DNA of 32,036 nt from an uncultured Bdellovibrionales bacterium (GTDB lineage Bacteria; Patescibacteriota; Minisyncoccia; Moranbacterales; UBA1568). Below are positions 9,723-16,878 of the stretch, in pieces (position 1 is the first letter of the stretch; each line of letters starts with the position of its first letter). The position numbers and the translations under genes were made by a program. A model generated the notes under the pieces. That model saw nothing but the letters and a program-made list of their open reading frames with translations, searched no databases and was not told the DNA's origin. The stretch is from positions 4,101 through 36,136 of the forward strand of contig CAYWVL010000002.1 of NCBI GenBank assembly GCA_964461975.1, written 5' to 3'.

Positions 9723-10151
9723 TCAACAGAAACCCCTTTCGAGATTCCAGTAGAGAGAGACGCCTCCTCGACTCCCCGCTCCGATTTGGGCCAAGAACTG
9801 CTTCGCCTTGCCCACTTCCCGAGGAGACACTGCTGGCTTCCCCCGTCTCTGCGGCGGTGTGCGGTCGAGCTTGTACGTAACCCGAAGCAGGCTCCGCCCA
9901 TGCTGATCCGGATCAAACTGCCCGATAAAGAGTTCATCCACCACGATTGGAGGCTCCGGCGGGTTTGGAGAAGGGAATCCGTGATGCTCGAGCAGAATCT
10001 CGAGCACTGCCTGGAGCAACGGTTCCCGGAGTGTCGGGAGGACCGTCGCCATCGGGGTATCGTCTGCGAATGCAAACGTCCCCAAAGGGCGCTCGGCAGG
10101 TTTCCGCTGGGTGGGTGGCACCGCAGCATATCTGCTTGAACGTTTGGCCAT
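9723..10151 (-). CDS. Hypothetical protein (142 aa)
   Basis: ORF 9723..10274, trimmed to the ATG at 10151, which is preceded by caGGAGGtggcccATG (a strong SD with 6-nt spacing). The longer form would overlap the helicase 3' end. Competing ORFs 9647..10129(-) and 9675..10139(+) have no RBS. Confidence 0.65.
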   Translation of the reverse strand: MAKRSSRYAAVPPTQRKPAERPLGTFAFADDTPMATVLPTLREPLLQAVLEILLEHHGFPSPNPPEPPIVVDELFIGQFDPDQHGRSLLRVTYKLDRTPPQRRGKPAVSPREVGKAKQFLAQIGAGSRGGVSLYWNLERGFC

Positions 10152-10227
10152 GGGCCACCTCCTGGAGAGTTGGGTTGAAGAACTTGGCCCTACGCTATCA
10201 CGCAGACAGGCCTTTGTACAGTAAAGT

Positions 10228-11418
10228 CTAGCGGCGGCGACCGAAGCGGCGCGGGCCGCGAGGGCGACTGGCACCAGGCCGGCGAGACGAAGCAGCCGGC
10301 GCGGCTGAAGCGACCAGATCGTGCCCGCCCGTCACGGGGAGACTCATATTCATGAGGCGTTCGATGAGGCGGACATTGCTGCGCTGATCCGGCGTGGCCA
10401 GGGAAACCGCCCGGGCTTCGCGTCCGGCGCGAGCCGTGCGGCCGATGCGGTGGACATAGTCCTCCGGCTTCTCCGGGAGATCATAGTTGATGACGAGCGC
10501 GATGCCCGAAACGTCGATGCCGCGGGCCGCGATATCGGTCGCGACCAGGACCCGGTACTTCCCGGATTTGAATCCGTCGAGGGCTTCGCGGCGCTGGGCG
10601 AGCGAGCGGTTGGAATGGATCTCGGCCGCCGTAAAGTTTTTGTTGCGCAGGGAAAGCGCGATCCGCTTGGCGATGAATTTGGTCCGGGTGAAGACGAGGG
10701 TGCTCCCCGCGTTCTCGGTGAGGATCCGCACGAGGTGATCGAGCTTCTCCATGTGGTTGACGAAGATGATCTCCTGCGCGATCTTGTCGGCAGCCTTGCC
10801 AGGAGGAGAAACTTCGACTCGCAGAGGAAGCTGCATATACGAAGTCGCCAAGGCCATCACTTCGCGTGGCATGGTGGCGGAGAAGAGAAGTGTCTGACGG
10901 ACTTTGGGCACGTGCTCGACGATCTTGGCGATCTGCGGCGCGAAGCCCATATCGAGCATATGATCCGCCTCATCGAGAACGAGAATGCTGACACGCGAGA
11001 GCGACACCGTGCGCTGACCGAGATGGTCATTCAGGCGGCCGGGGGTCGCGATAATGATGTGCGGATTGGCGCGGATCTGGCGCTTCTGCCGCTCCATCGA
11101 GTCGCCACCGATCAGGACAGCCGTACGGAACCCGAGGGGTTTGCCGAGCCGCATCAGGGACTCATTGACCTGAAGGGCGAGCTCGCGCGTGGGAAGCAGC
11201 ACGAGTCCTTGTTTGGTCGGGTTGATCAGGATCTGCCCCAGCATGGGGATGCCGAAAGCGAGGGTCTTCCCCGTCCCGGTCTGGGCGATGCCCATCACGT
11301 CCTTGCCGGAGGCGGCGATCGGGATAGCCTGCGCCTGGATTGGCGTCGGCTCGGTCAGCCGGAGCGTGTCCAGGATGGCGAGCAGTCTCGGGGCAATCCC
11401 GAGGGTATGGAAACTCAT
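10228..11418 (-). CDS. DEAD-box ATP-dependent RNA helicase
   Basis: ORF 10228..11445, trimmed to the ATG at 11418 (MSFHTLGIAPRLL). It carries AQTGTGKT (motif I), PTRELA, VLDEADHML (DEAD), SAT and HRIGRTARAG, plus an Arg/Gly-rich C-terminal tail. Confidence 0.95.
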   Translation of the reverse strand: MSFHTLGIAPRLLAILDTLRLTEPTPIQAQAIPIAASGKDVMGIAQTGTGKTLAFGIPMLGQILINPTKQGLVLLPTRELALQVNESLMRLGKPLGFRTAVLIGGDSMERQKRQIRANPHIIIATPGRLNDHLGQRTVSLSRVSILVLDEADHMLDMGFAPQIAKIVEHVPKVRQTLLFSATMPREVMALATSYMQLPLRVEVSPPGKAADKIAQEIIFVNHMEKLDHLVRILTENAGSTLVFTRTKFIAKRIALSLRNKNFTAAEIHSNRSLAQRREALDGFKSGKYRVLVATDIAARGIDVSGIALVINYDLPEKPEDYVHRIGRTARAGREARAVSLATPDQRSNVRLIERLMNMSLPVTGGHDLVASAAPAASSRRPGASRPRGPRRFGRRR

Positions 11419-11445
11419 TGAAAGAGTATAAAGAATTGAATCCAA

Positions 11446-11474
11446 AGATTAGCACAGAAAGCCGCTGAGGTCAA
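11446..11474 (-). promoter_or_regulatory. Sigma70-type promoter of the helicase gene (TTGACC - 17 nt - TGcTAATCT)
   Basis: Minus-strand reading is agTTGACCtcagcggctttctgTGcTAATCTttgg. The -35 is at 11474-11469 and the -10 at 11451-11446. Confidence 0.55.
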
Positions 11475-11484
11475 CTGGATGCCA

Positions 11485-11850
11485 TCAATCCCAGATCCGG
11501 TACCACACCCCAAGATAGTGGACCACCACGTAGAGGAAGACCACGTACCCGACGATGCCAGCGATGAGGAGGACCAAGAGCTGGTTGATGAGACGGTTGC
11601 GTTCCCGCTTCGCTTGGTCGAGCGTACAGACGCCCTGCTTGCGGAGATAGACGACATAGGCACCGATGAGCGCAAGGAGACCCGCGAGCCGGAAATACCA
11701 CTTGTACTCACCATAGAAAGTGTCCGTGAGCGAGGCTGCGAAGCCGACGGTCGAGAGTCCGAGCATGACAAGAATGAGCGGAGAGAGACAACAGAGCGAG
11801 GCCACAAGGACCGGCAGCGACGCGATTTTGGCGAGTTCTTTGAGTTGCAT
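11485..11850 (-). CDS. MerF-like small membrane protein with vicinal-cysteine (CC) motif
   Basis: 121-aa hydrophobic ORF. LPVLVASLCCLSPLILVMLGLSTVG resembles the MerF/MerT-type first TM helix with a CC pair. It lacks a second CC pair and has an extra C-terminal TM helix. The overlapping ORFs 11415..11894(-) and 11479..11961(+) are judged spurious. Confidence 0.65.
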   Translation of the reverse strand: MQLKELAKIASLPVLVASLCCLSPLILVMLGLSTVGFAASLTDTFYGEYKWYFRLAGLLALIGAYVVYLRKQGVCTLDQAKRERNRLINQLLVLLIAGIVGYVVFLYVVVHYLGVWYRIWD

Positions 11851-11881
11851 ATGGCAAGAGAAACCGTGCCCTCGCAGTATA

Positions 11882-13093
11882 TCACTCTCCCCAACGGATC
11901 CGCATCACTCGATCATCTTCAGCAGCCGGGGTTCCCCGCCCATCCCGATTGGAAGTGGTGAAATAGATGCTCCCGTCCGGGCTCTCTCCCACGAAGCGGA
12001 TACGGCCGTATCGGACCAGATCAAGCTTTTCGGCACGCACCAGCTGGCCCGGATCAACCAAGTCGAGTTCGAGCCGCATCAGACCCTCGCCCCGGAGCGC
12101 GCCGAAGAAGAGATTCCCCTGCCAGGCTGGGTACGCCCGCCCCGAGTACGCCATGAGGGAGGCCGGCGCCTCGGCCGGAGTAAACGTGAGAAGCGGGGCT
12201 TCGGTCCCCTCCCGGCGTTTCTCATGTGAGACCAGCGGCCAACCGTAATTCTTGCCTCGCTCGATCAGATTGACCTCGTCTCCGCCGGCCGGACCGTCAA
12301 AGACCGAGGGGCCGTGTTCGCTCGCGTAGAGCGCGCCTGTCACCGGATGCCAGGCGATCCCTTGTCCATTGCGATGCCCATACGACCACACCGCGGTACC
12401 GAACGGATTATCGCTCGGGATGCTGCCATCGTCGTTGAGTCGCAGAATCTTTCCGGCGAGTGAACGCAGGTCCTGGGCCAAGGCTCGATCGGTCGCGTCA
12501 CCCGTCGTCACATAGAGCTTGCCATCCGGACCAAAGGCGATGGCGCAACCCGCATGATATTTGGCGGCTGGGATGCGATCGAGGATGACGGTCGGATCAG
12601 AGAGGCGGCTCCCCGCGTCGGTAAAGCGCACCACTTTGACCCAGAGATTCCCGGCTGCGGGATAGGCGAGGGCGACGTAGAGCCAGCGGTTCTCGGCGTA
12701 CTGCGGGTGGAGCGCGAGCGACATCAGTCCCTCTTCGCCGGTTTCAGACACCTCATCGAATATATGGAGCGGCTCCGGGCGAAGCAGGCCGCCCTCGATA
12801 ACACGCAAGCGTCCGGGGCGTTCCGTGACCAGGATGCGATCGGACGAAGTGAAGGCGAGACTCCAGGGGGTATCGAGCCCGCCGGCTACCGTCTCGACCC
12901 GTACTGCGGGCTGGCGCAACGCTGCTTGGCCATCAGCGGGAACAGTAGCCTCCGTCGACAGTCGGGACTGACCCACCTCGCGCACGTCACCTGGCTCATA
13001 CGCCGGAGCGAGGGGCGAGAACCACTGCCACAGCCACCACCCGGCTAGAGCAATGCCGATGATCACGAGTGGCATCCAGAGTCTCGGTCGCAT
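11882..13093 (-). CDS. PQQ-dependent (soluble) glucose/sorbosone dehydrogenase family beta-propeller protein
   Basis: 403-aa ORF with an N-terminal anchor. GLDTPWSLAFTSSDRILVTERPGRLRVI, GLMSLALHPQY, YGHRNGQGIAWHP and DEVNLIERGKNYGWP are typical of the GSDH/YliI family. Confidence 0.88.
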   Translation of the reverse strand: MRPRLWMPLVIIGIALAGWWLWQWFSPLAPAYEPGDVREVGQSRLSTEATVPADGQAALRQPAVRVETVAGGLDTPWSLAFTSSDRILVTERPGRLRVIEGGLLRPEPLHIFDEVSETGEEGLMSLALHPQYAENRWLYVALAYPAAGNLWVKVVRFTDAGSRLSDPTVILDRIPAAKYHAGCAIAFGPDGKLYVTTGDATDRALAQDLRSLAGKILRLNDDGSIPSDNPFGTAVWSYGHRNGQGIAWHPVTGALYASEHGPSVFDGPAGGDEVNLIERGKNYGWPLVSHEKRREGTEAPLLTFTPAEAPASLMAYSGRAYPAWQGNLFFGALRGEGLMRLELDLVDPGQLVRAEKLDLVRYGRIRFVGESPDGSIYFTTSNRDGRGTPAAEDDRVMRIRWGE

Positions 13094-13096
13094 AGT

Positions 13097-14149
13097 TTAG
13101 GTATTGGCTTTGAGATGGCGATCAAAAAACTCGACTGTCCGCCGCATCACGGTCGGCCAGGCAGTAGCGAACTCATGCGGCTCGCCGGAGTACACGTGAT
13201 ATTCGAGTTCCTTGTCGGCTGCCTCGAGCCACTCAGCAAGCTCATCCGACCACTTGATCTCGACCGAATCGTCTGCGGTGCCATGGTGATTCTGGATCGG
13301 GACTCGGATACGATCGAAGTAATTCTTGGCGGAGACGCCGTTCCAGAATTCCGGATTGGCCTCGGGCGTGCCGTAGCGAGCGATGATCTCGCGGCCGGTT
13401 TCGCTCTCGCGGCGCGTCCAGCGTTCGTAGTTGCGCTCATAATTCGCCGAGACCGGCGCAAAGAGTACCGCCGCCGACACGAGCTCGGGCCGCACCACGA
13501 GCGTGTTGAGCGTGACACCTCCGCCCATCGAGTGGCCGAGCATACCGATGCGCTCGGTGTCCAGGGTGGGCAGCTGCGCCGCCTTGAGCGCGACGATGAG
13601 GTTGATGATATCTTCGGTATAGCCGAGCCGGAAACGGAACTCGTTCTCAGGATCCTTGTCGGACTGGGCATGGTTGCGGTAGTCGGAGTGAATGACGGCA
13701 TACCCCGCTCGCGCCAAGTAGTCTTGCTCCCGCTTCAGGCCTCGACCATTGGTGTAGATCGCCGGGTCGATGTAACCATGGTTGAGGAGAAGTACCGGGA
13801 ACGGGCCGGGACCTTTGGGGATATTGGCGATGCCTGAAATGGTGAGCTCGCCGCTTCGATACGTGACATAGTAGCGAGTATACACGCTGTTCTCAGCGAG
13901 CACCCTCCTGAGAGTGAAGTCGCTGCCGGCGTATTCCTTGGCGATCATGGCGAGGAGCGACACAGGATGCGGTGCGGGAGCGGTTTCTGGCAACGATACT
14001 CTCGCCATGGGTTCCGACTCGGCTTCGGCCGGACTCGATGCGGGTGGCACTGCCGGAGCGATCCGGCTGCCATGATTGTTCCAGAGCGCGACGCCAACTG
14101 CCGTTACGAAGACTAGTCCGCCGACCGAAATCAAGAATGTGCGCAGCAT
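13097..14149 (-). CDS. Alpha/beta hydrolase, S9 prolyl-oligopeptidase/dienelactone-hydrolase-like
   Basis: 350-aa ORF with an N-terminal anchor, the nucleophile elbow GHSMGG, and downstream D and H residues (HGTADDSV, GEPHEF) in the usual order. Confidence 0.85.
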   Translation of the reverse strand: MLRTFLISVGGLVFVTAVGVALWNNHGSRIAPAVPPASSPAEAESEPMARVSLPETAPAPHPVSLLAMIAKEYAGSDFTLRRVLAENSVYTRYYVTYRSGELTISGIANIPKGPGPFPVLLLNHGYIDPAIYTNGRGLKREQDYLARAGYAVIHSDYRNHAQSDKDPENEFRFRLGYTEDIINLIVALKAAQLPTLDTERIGMLGHSMGGGVTLNTLVVRPELVSAAVLFAPVSANYERNYERWTRRESETGREIIARYGTPEANPEFWNGVSAKNYFDRIRVPIQNHHGTADDSVEIKWSDELAEWLEAADKELEYHVYSGEPHEFATAWPTVMRRTVEFFDRHLKANT

Positions 14150-14157
14150 ATGCGTGT

Positions 14158-15087
14158 TTAGTTACTCCGACCGGCTGTCGCCCGATGAAAGAGGACGAGA
14201 CTGATGTTCCAGGGAATGATTGAGAGAATCGTATAGAATATCACGTCCGGATCGCGGAAAAACTTCTCGGCGAGAAAGATAGCCAGAGTGAAGTTCATGT
14301 ACACGACGCAGAGCATCACGGTCAGTCGGTCGTGTCGCCGGCGCCACCACGCGATCCAATAGCCCAGGACATGCAGCAAGAGGAAGAACAAGGTGAGTAC
14401 ACCGAGTCCGAGGAGATAGGCGCCGTCGAAACGCTCCCAAAGCTCGGCATGATACCGGCCGGCAATCGCCGCGATGAGGAGCGCCACGAGACTGAGCGCG
14501 ACCGGCTTCTGCCACGCCAGGGCTCGGCGTACCCCGCTCGGCCAAGCCGCCCGCACGATCTGCGCGAGGATGAAGGGCACAATAATCACCTGGAGGAGCG
14601 TCAGAAAGAGATGTCCGAGAGCGACCGTCTCGCCGGAGAAGAGTCCGATGAGCATGGGCACGGTGACGGGCGCCGCAAGCGAGGTAATGACGGTCAGGAC
14701 GAGCGCGAGTGACGTATTGAGTCCGAGAAGTTGCGCGAGGAGGGGCGAGGTCATGCCGGCTGGCATCGCCGCGAGGAGGAGCACCGCGAGCGCCATTTGC
14801 GGAAAGAAGGGCGCGACAAGCCAGTACGTCGCCATGGGAACGATAAGGAGCGTACAGCAACTCACCCACAGGAGGGTCGGCCAAGCGTGCAGCTCTTTGG
14901 CGACCGCTCTCAAATCGATCCGCAAGCTCGTCAGCAAGAAGATGAGCTGCAATATCCAGGTGCTCCACTCTTGGAGCGGAGCGAAGAGCGCCGGGAACGC
15001 GAGTCCGAGCCCGAGCGCAGCTAAGAGAGAGGTGATCGAGGCATCGCGCAAACCGCGAAGCGATGACCAGAACGTGGATCGGGACAT
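14158..15087 (-). CDS. Bile acid:sodium symporter (BASS/SBF-like) family transporter
   Basis: ORF 14158..15129, trimmed to the ATG at 15087 (MSRSTFWSS). It is preceded by GGGGAGG 12 nt upstream. The protein is polytopic, and LLLAAMPAGMTSPLLAQLLGLNTSLAL resembles the BASS core motif. The alternative frame 14162..15154 is rejected. Confidence 0.85.
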   Translation of the reverse strand: MSRSTFWSSLRGLRDASITSLLAALGLGLAFPALFAPLQEWSTWILQLIFLLTSLRIDLRAVAKELHAWPTLLWVSCCTLLIVPMATYWLVAPFFPQMALAVLLLAAMPAGMTSPLLAQLLGLNTSLALVLTVITSLAAPVTVPMLIGLFSGETVALGHLFLTLLQVIIVPFILAQIVRAAWPSGVRRALAWQKPVALSLVALLIAAIAGRYHAELWERFDGAYLLGLGVLTLFFLLLHVLGYWIAWWRRRHDRLTVMLCVVYMNFTLAIFLAEKFFRDPDVIFYTILSIIPWNISLVLFHRATAGRSN

Positions 15088-15106
15088 GATTGTGTTTTGC
15101 CTCCCC

Positions 15107-15115
15107 AGTATACCA
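15107..15115 (-). promoter_or_regulatory. Extended -10 promoter element TGgTATACT upstream of the BASS transporter gene
   Basis: Minus-strand reading is gcagaTGgTATACTGGggaggcaaaacacaatcATG. Confidence 0.5.
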
Positions 15116-15140
15116 TCTGCGACCGCCACACGTACCGGTG

Positions 15141-15167
15141 TTGACAGAATGCAAAACGTGCTATACT
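15141..15167 (+). promoter_or_regulatory. Strong sigma70-type promoter with no downstream protein gene (TTGACA - 15 nt - TGcTATACT)
   Basis: TTGACA at 15141-15146, TG at 15159-15160 and TATACT at 15162-15167. This is the best consensus match in the window. It is divergent from the BASS promoter. Confidence 0.6.
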
Positions 15168-15173
15168 GGCACC

Positions 15174-15327
15174 AGAGCCTTCAGAATGGAGAGCCTCCGC
15201 AGGAACCCACCTGGACTTACAGGGAAATGAATTTTTCCGACAAGCTCATTTACGGGGATCCAGCATCGCTCTCCTGCATTGAGGGCTTTCGGTTTTTATA
15301 AGATCCGGCAGCGATGCCGGCTTTTTT
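15174..15327 (+). ncRNA. Candidate structured small RNA of unknown class (~150 nt)
   Basis: It runs from the predicted +1, about 7 nt after the -10, to an intrinsic terminator. An interrupted 17-bp helix pairs 15176-15194 with 15268-15287, and 5 further bp pair 15195-15199 with 15253-15257. These enclose two small hairpins. Only 14-aa and 24-aa ORFs without an SD lie inside. No + strand gene follows for 1.5 kb. Confidence 0.4.
15305..15327 (+). terminator. Rho-independent terminator
   Basis: CCGGCA-gcga-TGCCGG (15305-15320), followed by c and TTTTTT (15322-15327). Confidence 0.7.
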
Positions 15328-15332
15328 AGAGA

Positions 15333-15707
15333 CTACAGTTGAAATTCCTGATCCCGCTCGATCCGCGCTCGCCAGGCACCCGCATTGGTCAGCACAAAGA
15401 GTATGAGCGCCGTAATGAAGAATGCCACATGCGCCTCATGCTGGAGCGGAGTCCGATCGACGAGAATGAGCGTGAGGAAATAAGCGAGGATCGGCAGAAC
15501 GACATCAGCCCACGAATTGAGCGGGCGCTCGCGGATCCGCACGAGATACTCGAAGTATTCCCAGAGAAGCGCCACGACCATCATGCCGGCAAATGCTTCC
15601 CAGTACGGCCAACTGAATACGAGACTCGCCAGCGCCACGACCACTCCGAAGAGGAAATGGGGTACTGACCAGTAGTCCAGGAGTTGGGACAGTCGCGCAA
15701 ATCGCAT
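15333..15707 (-). CDS. Small polytopic membrane protein (124 aa), unknown function
   Basis: ORF 15333..15824, trimmed to the ATG at 15707 (MRFARLSQLLDYWSVPHFLFG). Longer forms overlap the upstream gene. There are about four hydrophobic helices. Confidence 0.7.
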   Translation of the reverse strand: MRFARLSQLLDYWSVPHFLFGVVVALASLVFSWPYWEAFAGMMVVALLWEYFEYLVRIRERPLNSWADVVLPILAYFLTLILVDRTPLQHEAHVAFFITALILFVLTNAGAWRARIERDQEFQL

Positions 15708-15715
15708 AGCGAGGC

Positions 15716-16132
15716 TCAAGCCCACGTCCCGAGAATCCATCCGAAGAGCCCGAAGCAAATGAGCTGATACCCGGCGGAGAGACCGAAGAGCATCCATCTC
15801 ACCTTGGCTGGTTTGGCGTTCCACATGGCAAGCCCGGCGACGGTCGGCATGACGAAGCCGAGCCAGATCCAGAGCGCGTTCTCGACGCCCGATACCTCGG
15901 TCCAGCCTTTGACGAAATGCGCGAGAATATATGCTTGCAGCAATGAGAGTACGAATTGGACAATGTAGAGCGGCGCGGCTTCTTTCTGCATGGCCTCACG
16001 CTTCGCGACATCCTCGGGATTGAGTTCGTTGATCGCCATCCACATGCGGCCGAAGAGCGGACCGTACCACACCGACCCGACGATCATCGAGAGCACAGCG
16101 CACGAGAGCACAGCCCAATAATTGATTTCCAT
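15716..16132 (-). CDS. DUF1761-like membrane protein
   Basis: ORF 15716..16204, trimmed to the ATG at 16132 (MEINYWAVLSCAVLSMIVGSVWYGPLFGRMW). I recall the WYGPLFG..W N-terminal motif and the 4-TM layout as DUF1761. Confidence 0.75.
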   Translation of the reverse strand: MEINYWAVLSCAVLSMIVGSVWYGPLFGRMWMAINELNPEDVAKREAMQKEAAPLYIVQFVLSLLQAYILAHFVKGWTEVSGVENALWIWLGFVMPTVAGLAMWNAKPAKVRWMLFGLSAGYQLICFGLFGWILGTWA

Positions 16133-16157
16133 ACGCGCGAAAAAAGGAGTTAATGAA

Positions 16158-16745
16158 TTAATGCTTGTCAAGAGAGCAGACTCCGCCAGGACAGGCCGGG
16201 GCATACTCTGGCGCCGCGATCACTCCCCGCTTGATGAGCCAGGCATAGATCTGGCAGCCGACGCAGATGCCGGCTGCTGACTCAAGCCACATGAAGAAGA
16301 GACAGACACCACAGAGAAGCATCGGGAGAAAACAGGGCGAGATGCCCAATGCAGGCCCGCCACATACTCCGTCCGAGAAAAAGACGATACGCGCTATCAA
16401 AAACAGCGCCACGCTTGAAAGCATGAGGCCGATCGACCACGCAAATCGTTTCTGGATCGCCCCGACGTATTCGGGCCGCTGCTTCCGGACGATGAGCGCC
16501 GCCACCCGGCCGATATAGGACCATTCCGGTCCGATGAGCACTTTGAGGACGAAATCTATCCAGAACGCCAAGACAACCCAGAAAGCGAAGACGATATTCT
16601 GGTTGTACACGACGCCGAACAAGGCTGTCATGCCGAGCACTAGCATGAGACCGACCGCAGCCCGGATCTCCCGCTCATTGACTACGCCATACGGGGCTGG
16701 TCGCCCGTCGATCATGAGATCAGGTATATGAGTACCGTAGGTCAT
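16158..16745 (-). CDS. DUF4395-like membrane protein with C-terminal cysteine cluster
   Basis: 195-aa ORF, polytopic. ...[18 protein letters not shown]... is followed by [13 protein letters not shown] recall the CxGC..Y motif from DUF4395. Confidence 0.75.
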   Translation of the reverse strand: MTYGTHIPDLMIDGRPAPYGVVNEREIRAAVGLMLVLGMTALFGVVYNQNIVFAFWVVLAFWIDFVLKVLIGPEWSYIGRVAALIVRKQRPEYVGAIQKRFAWSIGLMLSSVALFLIARIVFFSDGVCGGPALGISPCFLPMLLCGVCLFFMWLESAAGICVGCQIYAWLIKRGVIAAPEYAPACPGGVCSLDKH

Positions 16746-16839
16746 ACCACATTGTTACTTCACTCTGATGGTATGCTATCAAAAAAATGAACGCTCGTCT
16801 TCAGGCTCCTTGACAGGATCGCTACAATGTTATCTCAAG

Positions 16840-16848
16840 TGTTATACT
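16840..16848 (+). promoter_or_regulatory. Extended -10 promoter element TGtTATACT upstream of the sortase-substrate gene
   Basis: caagTGtTATACTgaatc lies about 30 nt before the ATG at 16879. No good -35 sits at the right spacing. Confidence 0.4.
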
Positions 16849-16878
16849 GAATCTATAAACACAAATATCACATCGCTT

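Noticed and set aside
9647-10139. ORFs 9647..10129(-) and 9675..10139(+), which compete with the 142-aa gene.
   Set aside because: Only the 9723..10151 frame has a strong GGAGG SD at the correct spacing and a plausible globular composition.
10321-11421. 366-aa + strand ORF opposite the DEAD-box helicase.
   Set aside because: It is antisense to a gene carrying all the helicase motifs. Its product is low-complexity and Arg/Asp/Gly-rich.
14162-15154. 330-aa alternative minus-strand frame overlapping the BASS transporter gene.
   Set aside because: The product is Arg/Pro/Ala-rich and non-hydrophobic, whereas the 14158..15087 frame gives a coherent polytopic transporter with an SD and promoter.
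16133-16160. + strand AAGGAG followed by ATG codons (gaaaaaAGGAGttaATGaattaATG) between the DUF1761-like and DUF4395-like genes.
   Set aside because: The first ATG hits a stop after two codons. The second opens a frame entirely antisense to the DUF4395-like gene, so this is judged coincidental.
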